Origin: a virus
Lineage: Duplodnaviria; Caudoviricetes
Reading direction: 5' to 3' (one strand)
IMG/VR virus record: IMGVR_UViG_3300011335_000402
Span: 1-61,446 of that record
Length of the DNA: 61,446 bases
The position numbers and the translations under genes are program-made. Position 1 is the first letter of the stretch. Each line of letters opens with the position of its first letter. This document shows positions 45,937-55,394 of this stretch, piece by piece. The notes under the pieces were generated by a model that did no database searches, had not been told where the DNA came from, and saw only the letters and a program-made list of their open reading frames with translations.

Positions 45937-47585
45937 TACGCAAGACCCCGGCGCAGACCCGTGTCTTTGCCGCGCTCCGATTTGCGCCGTGCCTTATGAG
46001 CCTTATCCATAAGTGAGTAGAGCTTGTCAGCGCCACGGCGCTCGTTGCCATTGCCGACCCGACGCACTGCCTCTGGGGAGAAGATCACCTCGTCACGTGC
46101 AACACGTGCAGGCTGGTCACGCCCAATCCGGGCGGGGATAGAGTCGCTGACCCCATCACCCGGACCCCGGACTGGACGACCCCCCATCCGAGCGAGAAGC
46201 TCATGTCCTGCATTGCTGCTGCCGTTCCCCAGTTCGGAGACGGTGCGAGCATCAACTACGAAAGCGCCATCGGCGAGATTGACCTCACCACCCTCGGCGT
46301 AGCCTTCATCCTGTTGGAGACCCATGTAGGGGATCATCCGCTGGGTGTACATAGGCTGACCCTTGCGGGCGCGCGGGTTGAGGATGTTCTGCATGATTGG
46401 CGTGCCCGGTGCCGTGTGGGACCCCGGCTGCACAAGCTGGCCAGCAGCGTTGTAGATTTCCGGTGTATCGACCGGGAAGTAATCGCGCTCGGCGGACGAC
46501 CGGAGGATGTCTTCGGTGGCCGGGGCAAACTGTGCCTCCCGACGCTGCGAATAGTAGGGACCGGCGTAGGAGTTATCCACAGCCCCCTGCGGGGTGCCCG
46601 TCCCCGAAGGAGTGGCGAGGCTGCTGAGTGTACCCAGCACACCAGAAGCAGCCATGGGGGTGGCGAGCGAGGCACCAAGGCCGCTCATCGTACCACGAGC
46701 AGTGTTAGAGAAGCCCTGCGTGAACCCGGCCAGACCGCGCGATGCAGCGGCGGGAGCGACAGCGGGCATCGCCGTAGTAGCCAGAGCCGGGGTTGCGAGG
46801 CCCGGAGCACCGCCAGCCATAGCGGCATTGAGCGCGCCTTGAGAAACCATACCGGCTGGAGTAGCTGCGCCAGCCGCACCGCGCATGGCGGTGTTGAGTG
46901 CGTTCTGCGAGACGGTGCCTGCGGCGCGTGTCGCCGCACCGGGGAGCACGTTGCCCGACGCTGCCTGCGAAAGCTGAGAAGCAAGATCGCCTGCACCTGC
47001 CGTGGCAGTCGTTGCTGCCGGAGTAGCTGCCGCCGTAGCTGTGCCCGGTGCGGCTGCGCCGCCCAGTGCTCCTTGGATACCACCCGCAAGGGACGCACCG
47101 CCGAAAGCACCGAGGCCAGCCATGAGGCCCTTCTGGAGACTGCCGGTCAGTGCGGTTGAACCCGCTGCCGTAATCAGGCCAGCGGTGAGCGCCTTCCCAC
47201 CCAACTGTGCGACGAGACCCGATCCGGGAAGGACAAAATTGAGTCCGACGCCGAGAAGGGTGGGAAGGAGCTTCTTCAAGAAACCAGCTTCGGGCAGACC
47301 GGTGTTGGGATTGATCGACAGGGAACCACCAGCCGCCTGCGCCAGACCTTGAAGACTATTGACCTCGTTGGGGGTCATGTGGACGAGCATCGAGTCCTCG
47401 TCGCGACCCATGCTCCGAAGCTGTTCAGCCATCGGATTGAACAGAACCGACAGGCCACCGTTGGTCGGCAAACCCCCAGAATAGCCCGGAACCTGCGGGC
47501 CGAGACGCGGCGGGCTACCGATCACAGCCTGCTGCTGCGGATCGTTTTCAATGTATGGGGGCGGAGCCGACTGTACGTCCATCAC
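45936..47585 (-). CDS. Putative internal virion protein
   Basis: GRDEDSMLVH...INPNTGLPEA N-domain, Gly/Ala hydrophobic region, GPGDGVSDSIPA C-domain. Confidence 0.6.
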   Translation of the reverse strand: MMDVQSAPPPYIENDPQQQAVIGSPPRLGPQVPGYSGGLPTNGGLSVLFNPMAEQLRSMGRDEDSMLVHMTPNEVNSLQGLAQAAGGSLSINPNTGLPEAGFLKKLLPTLLGVGLNFVLPGSGLVAQLGGKALTAGLITAAGSTALTGSLQKGLMAGLGAFGGASLAGGIQGALGGAAAPGTATAAATPAATTATAGAGDLASQLSQAASGNVLPGAATRAAGTVSQNALNTAMRGAAGAATPAGMVSQGALNAAMAGGAPGLATPALATTAMPAVAPAAASRGLAGFTQGFSNTARGTMSGLGASLATPMAASGVLGTLSSLATPSGTGTPQGAVDNSYAGPYYSQRREAQFAPATEDILRSSAERDYFPVDTPEIYNAAGQLVQPGSHTAPGTPIMQNILNPRARKGQPMYTQRMIPYMGLQQDEGYAEGGEVNLADGAFVVDARTVSELGNGSSNAGHELLARMGGRPVRGPGDGVSDSIPARIGRDQPARVARDEVIFSPEAVRRVGNGNERRGADKLYSLMDKAHKARRKSERGKDTGLRRGLA

Positions 47586-47649
47586 ATTCCGTTCCTAGCT
47601 TGTGGCTACGCTTATAGTGCCAAATGAGGAAAAACCAAAGCCCTGCATA

Positions 47650-48321
47650 TCACATAACTTCCGACACAAACTCGACCTGAACAAACGCAGCAGGGGTGGC
47701 TGGGAGCGCAGGGGTCGTGCCCGGTACAGCGGTGACCGCTGGGAAATGTTCGATAGACACGCCGGTATCGGTGACATGCCACATGATCTGGACATAATCC
47801 CCCGCAGCCAACTGGACCATGATGGGCGTTACCGCGATGAGATGTGACGCTGTACCTGCGCTTTTGCGGGCCGAGATAGAGAATCGGCTGTTAGTGCTGG
47901 GGATGTCCGAACCATTCTTGCGCAGCCAGATGTCGATGTCCTGTACATCGTTGGTGGTGTTCTTGAACTGAATGCTGAACGTGACGGTATAGATGCCATC
48001 GGAGGGCACTGTGAGCCACGAACTGTTGCTCAACGTCACGCCATCCAAAAAGTCCGACTGGTCGTAGGTGAGGGCGTAGGCCGCGTCGATTGCCGCAGCG
48101 GTCTGGTCCGTGTCGCTGCTAAACTGGCCGTAGGGAAAGGTGAGGTGGATGCCGGACCCATAGAAGAAGTCCGCCGTGTACGACTCGGCATAGTTGGGCG
48201 TCTTGCTGTCCAACTGGGAGAAGTAGGTCTCCAGCACCCGGATGAGTTGCCGCACATACTGCGGGTCGTACTCGATGGGCGGGTTGGGGAGTGGCGCGGC
48301 CCGGAAGCGAGTAAGAGCCAT
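47650..48321 (-). CDS. Tail-associated protein
   Basis: LPNPPIEYD N-terminus, C1q-like beta domain (GIYTV..SIQ, AGDYVQI). Confidence 0.55.
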   Translation of the reverse strand: MALTRFRAAPLPNPPIEYDPQYVRQLIRVLETYFSQLDSKTPNYAESYTADFFYGSGIHLTFPYGQFSSDTDQTAAAIDAAYALTYDQSDFLDGVTLSNSSWLTVPSDGIYTVTFSIQFKNTTNDVQDIDIWLRKNGSDIPSTNSRFSISARKSAGTASHLIAVTPIMVQLAAGDYVQIMWHVTDTGVSIEHFPAVTAVPGTTPALPATPAAFVQVEFVSEVM

Positions 48322-50309
48322 CAGCGCCTCCCGTCAGGGCGCACGTCAAGGCGCGGTGCGCCAAGCTGCCACTGCACGTCGAGGTTCTGCGACCGGACCT
48401 TAATTGCCATCTGGCGAGCACGGGCGCGCACAAACACCTGATCGGTGAACCTGCCCACAGAGGTCTCGATGACCCGCTGGGTATCCGCAGGGTCCGAAGC
48501 CAACGCACTGCCGGGGAAGTTGCGCGAGCGCATCTGCAACGTGACTTCCGGGGACGTGGCGGTCGAGCCAGCGAACTGGAGATCAGGCAGTATGCGCCGG
48601 GTCAGCATGAAGTTGTCGCCATCGTCGAGGTCAAAGTCGGACGACTGGATGTAGCTGTCCATCGGGAGCGTGTCGTCGTTGACGCCAGTCTCATGCTTAT
48701 AGAGTAGCCCGTCGCCAGTGGTGACCGTCGTGCCGTTGACCGTGATCGGGGTGTTGGCAGCTTGGGGGACCTGCCGCAGCGGGGTGTCGAGCCACGCAGT
48801 CCGGTCGATGGTGCCATAATACCAGATACGTTCGAGGTGGTTGTAGACCACGTAGGCGTTGTTGTAGTCGCTGTCAGCGGTCGGGTAGAACCACCAGATT
48901 TCGTTCCACTGCTCGTTGGTCCCGCAGATAATCTGCTCCGACTGCTCGAAGTTGATGTTGTTGAAGACGTGGTTGCGCAGGGTGCAGGGGAGCGTCTCGA
49001 CGCGACCGGTGTAGGCGTAGAACTTGTCCTGCCCCATCCAGTAGGTGATGTTCGCTGCCGTGCCGACCGCCCGAGGCGATGCAATCGAGACGTTGTCGGC
49101 ATACTCCTGCAACCCGAACACATCTGAGGTGCCGAGGAACTGGAGCGTGTAGAGGTTGCTGTCCGTCCAGACGAGGATTTCCTGCCGGGTCGGGAGGGCA
49201 CGGACGATCTTCGAACCGCGCGACACGCGCAGGTCGCCAGCGGTATTGGTGGTCGTGGGCGTCCAGTCACCCGGCGTATCTTGGTCAGCCCAGCGGATGA
49301 GGAGCGGGTCGAAGTCCGCTGTGCTCGTCGAGCCGAACGGAACAGCGCCGAAGGCGATCAGATGCTTGTCCTGCTGCGATACCAGCAACTGCATGATCTG
49401 AACCGGGACCGCCGCAGGGTCGAAACCCTCGTTGTCGGCGTAGTCCACGAGTCGGATGGCCTTGGTAGCCAGAGCAGTAGCAGGGTCCGCAGTGGTGCCG
49501 CGCACCCACCAGTAGCCTTCTCCGTTGCGGATGTTCATGGCGAGGTCGTTGTCGAAGTTGTCGAACCACCAGTCACGCTGCGGGAGGTTTACGCCAGACC
49601 CGGTGGTGCCGAGGCCCCAACTATCACGACCCCACGCACCCACGCCCCAGCCCAGACCGGCAATAGTGATGGCGTTACCCGGCGCGATCTCGAACGCGAT
49701 GGTGATGGCTGTGCCGCCCATGCCGCCAGTGAGCGCCTCAAACCCGTAGGTGGTCGAGGTGAACGACACGTCGAGGGACGGTGAACTGCCTGCTGGCGTA
49801 GTCACAGTGTAGGTAAAGGTGAAGGTGTCGACGACCGTGACCTGATGGTTACCGTTGAGTTCCGACGAGGGGATACCCAGCAGCGGACCGACAATGCCGG
49901 AAATCTGAACATAGGAGCCAGTCGACAGGCCATGCACTGATGGCAACGTCACCGTAACCGTGGTGGACCCCGGAGTCAGGAAGATGCAGTTGTTGGTCGT
50001 CGGCGACGTTAGCGTCGGCGTGCTCGTCCGCAACGGGGTAATGTCATAGTAGTAACCCCCGACCTCGATGTAGACCTTCTCGTTGGTGCCGAGGGCCAGC
50101 AGGTTGTCGGAGAAGGTCGTCACCCAGTTCCACATCTGGCGGCACACGCCGATGAAGGCGTTCGGGGTAGCCTTTACCCAGCCGCCAATCTTCTCAGGAT
50201 AACCCGAGCGGAACCTGACCTTGTCGCACTCGTACCAGCCACCCTCGTTCGAGTAGTCGGTCTGGTCGCGGTTGACGCCGGGTTTGAACTGGAGCTTGAT
50301 GAAGGGCAT
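48321..50309 (-). CDS. Tail tubular/packaged-DNA stabilisation protein (P22 gp10-like)
   Basis: FKPGVNR...VRFRSGYPEKIGGW, IRWADQ, EIWWFYP, C-terminal PDGRR. Confidence 0.75.
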   Translation of the reverse strand: MPFIKLQFKPGVNRDQTDYSNEGGWYECDKVRFRSGYPEKIGGWVKATPNAFIGVCRQMWNWVTTFSDNLLALGTNEKVYIEVGGYYYDITPLRTSTPTLTSPTTNNCIFLTPGSTTVTVTLPSVHGLSTGSYVQISGIVGPLLGIPSSELNGNHQVTVVDTFTFTYTVTTPAGSSPSLDVSFTSTTYGFEALTGGMGGTAITIAFEIAPGNAITIAGLGWGVGAWGRDSWGLGTTGSGVNLPQRDWWFDNFDNDLAMNIRNGEGYWWVRGTTADPATALATKAIRLVDYADNEGFDPAAVPVQIMQLLVSQQDKHLIAFGAVPFGSTSTADFDPLLIRWADQDTPGDWTPTTTNTAGDLRVSRGSKIVRALPTRQEILVWTDSNLYTLQFLGTSDVFGLQEYADNVSIASPRAVGTAANITYWMGQDKFYAYTGRVETLPCTLRNHVFNNINFEQSEQIICGTNEQWNEIWWFYPTADSDYNNAYVVYNHLERIWYYGTIDRTAWLDTPLRQVPQAANTPITVNGTTVTTGDGLLYKHETGVNDDTLPMDSYIQSSDFDLDDGDNFMLTRRILPDLQFAGSTATSPEVTLQMRSRNFPGSALASDPADTQRVIETSVGRFTDQVFVRARARQMAIKVRSQNLDVQWQLGAPRLDVRPDGRR

Positions 50310-50722
50310 CAGGTCGCATCCGCCTCAAGGGTGATGGTGGCGCTATCGAGCACGGTGGACGTGCCAACGCGTCGGATTTCCACAGTGAAGACGCAGGTAT
50401 TGGCGGTACCGATGGTGGCCGTGCGCGTCCAAGTCTGGGTGGACGACAGCGCCAGCCAAGACCCCGCAGTGCCGGTGCTGAGAGACCCGCTCGTCACGGT
50501 GACCAACACCTCATAATTGCTGGCCTGCGACGTCGGCGTACACCACTGCTCAAGAGTGGTGAAGGTGAGGTTGATCTGCGACTGGGCCTGCCCACCAGAG
50601 GTCAGACGGTAGCCTGCGGTTGCGTTGCGAGCACCGCCAGTTGCATCAGTGATGCTCTGGTTAGAGATCGTAATCAACGCGTCCGGTGCCGCGCCCAAGA
50701 GGACAGCCAGAACCCCACTCAC
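50309..50722 (-). CDS. Small Ser/Thr-rich tail protein
   Basis: GTG start coupled to the tail fibre stop; beta-rich. Confidence 0.6.
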   Translation of the reverse strand: MSGVLAVLLGAAPDALITISNQSITDATGGARNATAGYRLTSGGQAQSQINLTFTTLEQWCTPTSQASNYEVLVTVTSGSLSTGTAGSWLALSSTQTWTRTATIGTANTCVFTVEIRRVGTSTVLDSATITLEADAT

Positions 50723-52011
50723 GACAGACCAGCCCCCGTGATGTACCATTCGGTCGCGGCGACCTTGACGATGGTGGCAACGCCATAGGCAGCGAGGGTA
50801 CGCGTACCAGTGGTGCCGACACCAGCCCAGCGTAGCGTGTCACTGGTGATCGCAACAGTCTGCGGGCTTGCACTGGTGTTGATGAGCACGATGGTGGTGG
50901 CCGTTGGGAACGCCACACTGGCATTGGCCGGGATGGTCCAGCCGCCCGTGGTGTTGGGGATAGCCTTACCCGCATCGGTCAGCACAAGGGCATAGGCCCC
51001 AGTCTGGCTGTTGAACGGTGTGCCACGGAACCCCGGCGAGGACGCCGCGATGGTGCCAGTGTCGCTGATGGACGTCCCGGCGTTGATGGCGTTGCCCGTC
51101 GTCATGGTCTTGTTCGTCAGGTTCTGGGTGTCGGTGGTACCGACGAAGTCACCCGAAGGGTTAGTCTTAACGGAGAAGGCAGAGGTGCCGTTGCCGATGA
51201 CGACGCCAGTGAGGGTCGTAGCCCCGGTCCCGCCGTTGGCGACAGGGAGCGTGCCGGTCACCTGAGTGGTGAGGCTTACACCAGACAGAGTACCACCAAG
51301 GGTTAGAGACCCAGAGGTGGTGACGGTGCCCGTCAGCGTCAGGCCGTTGACCGTGCCAGTACCGCCAACCGAGGTGACCGTGCCAGTGCCAGTACCCGCA
51401 CCGATTGCGGTGCGGAAATCAGCGGCGTTCAGCGCAGATACCGTGTTGTCCGCGTTGAAGCGGGGGAAGGTGATCGCACCGGGGTTGGTGATCGTGAAGA
51501 GGTTGCCGCCCAGAGTGGTTGCACCCAGCGACGTGCGCGCACCCGACGCGGTCGTAGCCGCAGTACCGCCAGAGGCGATTGGGAGGGCCGAGCCAAGGGT
51601 CAGCGAACTCGCATAGGTGACGACATCGACGACATTGATGCCTGTGTTGAAGACGAACATCGTCCGGCCCGCAGGCACCGCAATGCCTGTACCGGTCACA
51701 TTCTTGACGGTGATGGCGTCCGCCGTGCCGTTGTTGACGAGATAGAGTTTCTCGATGGCGGGCACGATCAGGTTGCGCGCACCCCCAGTCGTCCCGGTCA
51801 GGTTCAACCGTAGGTTGCGCGCAGTCTGTGTGGTGTTGGTGTCAGTGAGGGTCAGCGTCACATCGCCGGAGGCAAAAGTGACATCCGCAGAGCCAGTGAT
51901 GGCCTCCTCAATAGCCGTGCCGAGGTTCGTGTTGGTGACGGTGCCCCACGTCGTGGTGTTCTCGCCAGTTGCCATCAACTGGATTTTGAGGGAGCTATAA
52001 GTGCTCGGCAT
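50719..52011 (-). CDS. Tail fibre protein
   Basis: MPSTYS...GEN..TWG..TN N-terminus, LPIASGGT/LPVANGGTG repeats, Thr/Gly-rich. Confidence 0.75.
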   Translation of the reverse strand: MPSTYSSLKIQLMATGENTTTWGTVTNTNLGTAIEEAITGSADVTFASGDVTLTLTDTNTTQTARNLRLNLTGTTGGARNLIVPAIEKLYLVNNGTADAITVKNVTGTGIAVPAGRTMFVFNTGINVVDVVTYASSLTLGSALPIASGGTAATTASGARTSLGATTLGGNLFTITNPGAITFPRFNADNTVSALNAADFRTAIGAGTGTGTVTSVGGTGTVNGLTLTGTVTTSGSLTLGGTLSGVSLTTQVTGTLPVANGGTGATTLTGVVIGNGTSAFSVKTNPSGDFVGTTDTQNLTNKTMTTGNAINAGTSISDTGTIAASSPGFRGTPFNSQTGAYALVLTDAGKAIPNTTGGWTIPANASVAFPTATTIVLINTSASPQTVAITSDTLRWAGVGTTGTRTLAAYGVATIVKVAATEWYITGAGLS

Positions 52012-52033
52012 GGCTATACCCTATTCTGGATTA

Positions 52034-52210
52034 TCAGTTGGCGGGCTTGCTGCGCTTCGACTTGACCGACCATGCGGCGACAAAGATCGTTGCGAAAGCA
52101 CCCGCGAGTGACACGGCGGTCTCAGAGTCTACCCAACCCTTGCCGACAGCGACACCGCCAGCAGCAGCGAGAATGGTACGGACGACGCCGTAGAGTTCGT
52201 TCTTGGACAT
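52034..52210 (-). CDS. Putative holin (58 aa, absent from ORF track)
   Basis: MSKNELYGVVRTILAAAGGVAVGKGWVD...AFATIFVAAWSVKSKRSK: two hydrophobic helices and a basic tail, directly after the endolysin. Confidence 0.7.
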   Translation of the reverse strand: MSKNELYGVVRTILAAAGGVAVGKGWVDSETAVSLAGAFATIFVAAWSVKSKRSKPAN

Positions 52211-52216
52211 ATCGGG

Positions 52217-52708
52217 TTACCCCTCGTTGCGGGACACTGGGGTCCCATTTGAATTAAGCCATACTGGCTTACCGACAACGGGAATATCCTTCGGCCACCG
52301 CGATGCCGTGAGACGGCTCTTGGCGAGCTTCATGACGTTCACGCCATTGGACTGGTTGCCACCGAGGACGTGGTAATAGGCCGAATCCTCACCGACATAG
52401 AAGCCAACATGCCCACCACCTTGGCGGTTGAACACCAAAATGGCACCGGGGGCGAGCCGGTCAACGCGCAGCAGCGAGCCATAGGTCGACCACTCCTTGG
52501 CGCGCATCCACAGCTTCGGGATCGGGAGGCCGACTTCCTTCATGCAGTGGGCAACGAAGGTGCCGCACCACGGGGTCTCATCTTCCGACCACCACGCGTT
52601 GAGGTCGCGCAGCCAGCGCAGGATGACCGAGCTATGCTTCGGGCCGGGGACTTCTCGCAGACCCATATGCTTCTGAGCTACATCCATCCATGGAGAGCCT
52701 TTGGCCAT
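52217..52708 (-). CDS. Endolysin, NlpC/P60-CHAP-like (TIGR02594-type)
   Basis: DETPWCGTFV, GGGHVGF, LGGNQSN. Confidence 0.88.
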   Translation of the reverse strand: MAKGSPWMDVAQKHMGLREVPGPKHSSVILRWLRDLNAWWSEDETPWCGTFVAHCMKEVGLPIPKLWMRAKEWSTYGSLLRVDRLAPGAILVFNRQGGGHVGFYVGEDSAYYHVLGGNQSNGVNVMKLAKSRLTASRWPKDIPVVGKPVWLNSNGTPVSRNEG

Positions 52709-53163
52709 TATGCTATCCTTACAATTGCGTTCGCCGCGTTGTTGGCCGGGAACTGAATGGTGAACGTGTTCGCCGTGACCGTCCTAGCACCACCGAAATC
52801 GAGCACACAGACGGCTGGGTTGACGAGGACGTTGCCGGTCGGCCCGAGCGCCGAAGGCGTGGTGTTGTAGATCAGAGCGCCGTAGGCGGTGAAGGTCGCG
52901 CCGGGGAAGGCTGCGTTGGCGAAGCTGGTGAACCCAACCCCATTGTCTGCACCCGTGCCAAGGCTTGTCAGAGTGACGCCACCGGCAGAATAACCCGTAC
53001 CGCTGATCTCCCCAGTGGTGGTGTAGGCCGTCGTCGCCGCGCCGATGTCCGCCAAGCTGGTGTAGAGCGCCAACTTGAACGTATCCCCACCGACCCGGAA
53101 GTCGTGGACGCCGAGCAGCATCTGCTGCTTGAAGGATGTGCAGAGGGTCTGAGAGATGCTCAC
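52708..53163 (-). CDS. Virion structural protein
   Basis: CTSFK..L.G.HDF...FKLALYT...GYSAGG...VLDFGG. Confidence 0.7.
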   Translation of the reverse strand: MSISQTLCTSFKQQMLLGVHDFRVGGDTFKLALYTSLADIGAATTAYTTTGEISGTGYSAGGVTLTSLGTGADNGVGFTSFANAAFPGATFTAYGALIYNTTPSALGPTGNVLVNPAVCVLDFGGARTVTANTFTIQFPANNAANAIVRIA

Positions 53164-53843
53164 CGGACTGGGTACCTCACCTGCGGCGTGCGGAACATAT
53201 CCTGCCGGTTCTTGCCATCGCCAAGCTGCTTGAGCAGACCCATCGCTTCCTCATACCGGCTCTGGTACACGGCGATGACATCCTGCTCACCCTTCATGAA
53301 GGTGTAGGCTTCGAGCAGTGAGCCATAGAGCAGCGCGGAGTCGAAGTTCTCACCCAACCACGTGGTGCTCGCCGTCACAATCGACTCGGGGTAATAGAAG
53401 TAGTTGATCGCGACGGTGTAGATAGCGTTTGGCGTCGGCCCCAGAATGTACGAATTTTCGTCGGACATGGCGTAATAGGCGGGCGTGCCGGTCGTGTTCG
53501 GGTTGGGGAAAGACTCCCGGATGAAGCTGACATCCTTGTTCAGCAGGAAAGTGTAATCCCCCGACACCGGGTCCACCACCGCAACCGAGTAGTTCGCCAG
53601 CCAGTCGGCTGGTGTCGCTAGAGTCTGGTTGCCGATGGTGGTCGTGGCGGTGCCGTCCTTGCGCAGGACGAGAAGCTGGACGGTGTTGTATATCCGCTGC
53701 TCGGCCTGCTGGATGAACGTGTTGATCTGTTCGGTCGACGTCAGGGTAACCGTCCCCGTTCCCGCAGAGTTGGTCCATGCGGTGTCGGGGAAGTCGTTTT
53801 CGACGTACCCTTTGATCGTCTCGAACAGTTCAGCGTAGTTCAC
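53160..53843 (-). CDS. Head-tail adaptor protein
   Basis: FIQQAEQRI, LGPTP, LLYGSLLEAYTFMK. Confidence 0.7.
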   Translation of the reverse strand: MNYAELFETIKGYVENDFPDTAWTNSAGTGTVTLTSTEQINTFIQQAEQRIYNTVQLLVLRKDGTATTTIGNQTLATPADWLANYSVAVVDPVSGDYTFLLNKDVSFIRESFPNPNTTGTPAYYAMSDENSYILGPTPNAIYTVAINYFYYPESIVTASTTWLGENFDSALLYGSLLEAYTFMKGEQDVIAVYQSRYEEAMGLLKQLGDGKNRQDMFRTPQVRYPVR

Positions 53844-53846
53844 GGC

Positions 53847-54050
53847 TTAACCCATCTTTGTGCTGTGCCCGGTACCCTTGGTTGCCGCACCCGTGCCACG
53901 CGTCTTCTGCGTCTGGGTGTTGGCGACATTGTTGGGGTAGCCGTTGTTGCCGAGGTCGATATTGGTGCTGCCCGACATGGTGTGGGGCTTGGCGTAGACG
54001 CTGGCCGGACCAACCTCCTTGCCGCCACGTTTCATGCTGAACTTGGCCAT
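53847..54050 (-). CDS. Small basic protein
   Basis: Ends RGTGAATKG; tight packing with neighbours. Confidence 0.65.
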   Translation of the reverse strand: MAKFSMKRGGKEVGPASVYAKPHTMSGSTNIDLGNNGYPNNVANTQTQKTRGTGAATKGTGHSTKMG

Positions 54051-54051
54051 A

Positions 54052-54258
54052 TCAAATACCCTTCTTCGGGACGCTGCGGCTCGTGCGCTTCTGGTTGGCA
54101 ATCTTTGCGAGATTGCGTCCCATCTTGAGCATCTGGGCGTTCGTCTTGCCGCCCTTCGCCAGCTTGGTCACCGACTTACCGGGGTGAAGCCGACGCTCGT
54201 GTTTGTGGACAGCAGCGCCGATCATAGCCTTGTCCTGCTTGATGTCATCCTTAGCCAT
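54052..54258 (-). CDS. Small basic protein
   Basis: HKHE..LHPG, LAKGG, GRNLAK. Confidence 0.7.
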   Translation of the reverse strand: MAKDDIKQDKAMIGAAVHKHERRLHPGKSVTKLAKGGKTNAQMLKMGRNLAKIANQKRTSRSVPKKGI

Positions 54259-54259
54259 T

Positions 54260-54652
54260 CTATACCTCCGTTGTCACGGTGACTGTACCGACTTGTCCAG
54301 TCCCTATTAGCGTATTCGGAAGACCAAATAAACCCAGCGGATCATTGAGGCCAACTGGTGCCCAACCCCACTGGATGACCCGACTGCCGTCTCCCGGAAA
54401 GCCGTTCGTGTCGAGGCCAGATTGATAATAGCTGTTGTCCGGGCGCGGGTTGCGCAGCGCCTGCGGATCGTTGACGGGGTACATACCCAACTGTAGCTGC
54501 GGCTGGTCGGGTTCCCAGCACTCTGGGCACACCAGAATGTTGACGTTCTTCGTCTTGATGACGAGCCGCCGAAGCTGCTTGAGCTTGAACCGTTGAGCGC
54601 ATCGGTCGCACTCGGCGATGGCCCGTTTGCCGGAGGCAAAGTTATTGGGCAT
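54260..54652 (-). CDS. Zn-ribbon protein
   Basis: CDRC...CPEC, PQLQL, DPQALRNPRPD. Confidence 0.75.
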   Translation of the reverse strand: MPNNFASGKRAIAECDRCAQRFKLKQLRRLVIKTKNVNILVCPECWEPDQPQLQLGMYPVNDPQALRNPRPDNSYYQSGLDTNGFPGDGSRVIQWGWAPVGLNDPLGLFGLPNTLIGTGQVGTVTVTTEV

Positions 54653-54660
54653 CGCTCCTC

Positions 54661-55374
54661 CTAGTAGAACATCTGACGCGGGGCGATGCGTAGAGGAGCC
54701 TTCTCGCGATCCTCATCTGCCGCCTGCTGCCAGAGTTCTTCATACTGCATCTTCAACCCAGCAGACCGCTCCAGCGCGCCGGGAATCTTGAGCGACAGGT
54801 GATATGCCAACCCGGCCACCATGCAGGGGAGGAACCGGAACGGGATGTCTTGGATGTTGACCCCGCCCCCAGCGTCCTGAATGCGCCGGAGCCGCCATAC
54901 CACCAGAGTGTAGTAGTTGCTCTGATCGGGCACAGGCCACACGTTGATCGTGGGATATTGGATGGCACCGCCACCCTCGTCCTGCCCGCTGAGGCGGCGA
55001 TACCAGAGTTGGATCGGTCGCCCTTGGGCATTCTTGTTGGGGATCGTCGAGTAGGTATCGACACTGATCCGCGAGATGTTGATGTCCGTCTGACCCTGCC
55101 CAGTCTGCGTACGCACGACATGGTCAATAATATCAATGGTATCGACCGGCATACCGTACTCAGCCTGTCCGGCGACCAACGGTATCGTGCCTTCGTCAAT
55201 GGTCCACAGGTTGATACCCCGGTTGGCCCACTCGATGGTCAGCAGGTTGAGGCTGCGCCGCGCCGTGCGCAGATCGTAGCCCGTGCGAAGCTCGGCACCG
55301 CACCGCTCAAACGCCTCTTCGACGAGGTCGTTGAGATTGAGGTTGAAACTGGTGGTGCCGGAAGTCGAGGCCAT
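54661..55374 (-). CDS. Head-tail connector/tail tubular protein A-like
   Basis: EEAFERCG...ARRSLNL..EWANRG, PFRFLPCMVAGLAY. Confidence 0.7.
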   Translation of the reverse strand: MASTSGTTSFNLNLNDLVEEAFERCGAELRTGYDLRTARRSLNLLTIEWANRGINLWTIDEGTIPLVAGQAEYGMPVDTIDIIDHVVRTQTGQGQTDINISRISVDTYSTIPNKNAQGRPIQLWYRRLSGQDEGGGAIQYPTINVWPVPDQSNYYTLVVWRLRRIQDAGGGVNIQDIPFRFLPCMVAGLAYHLSLKIPGALERSAGLKMQYEELWQQAADEDREKAPLRIAPRQMFY

Positions 55375-55394
55375 GAAGATTTTCCTTCCTTCTC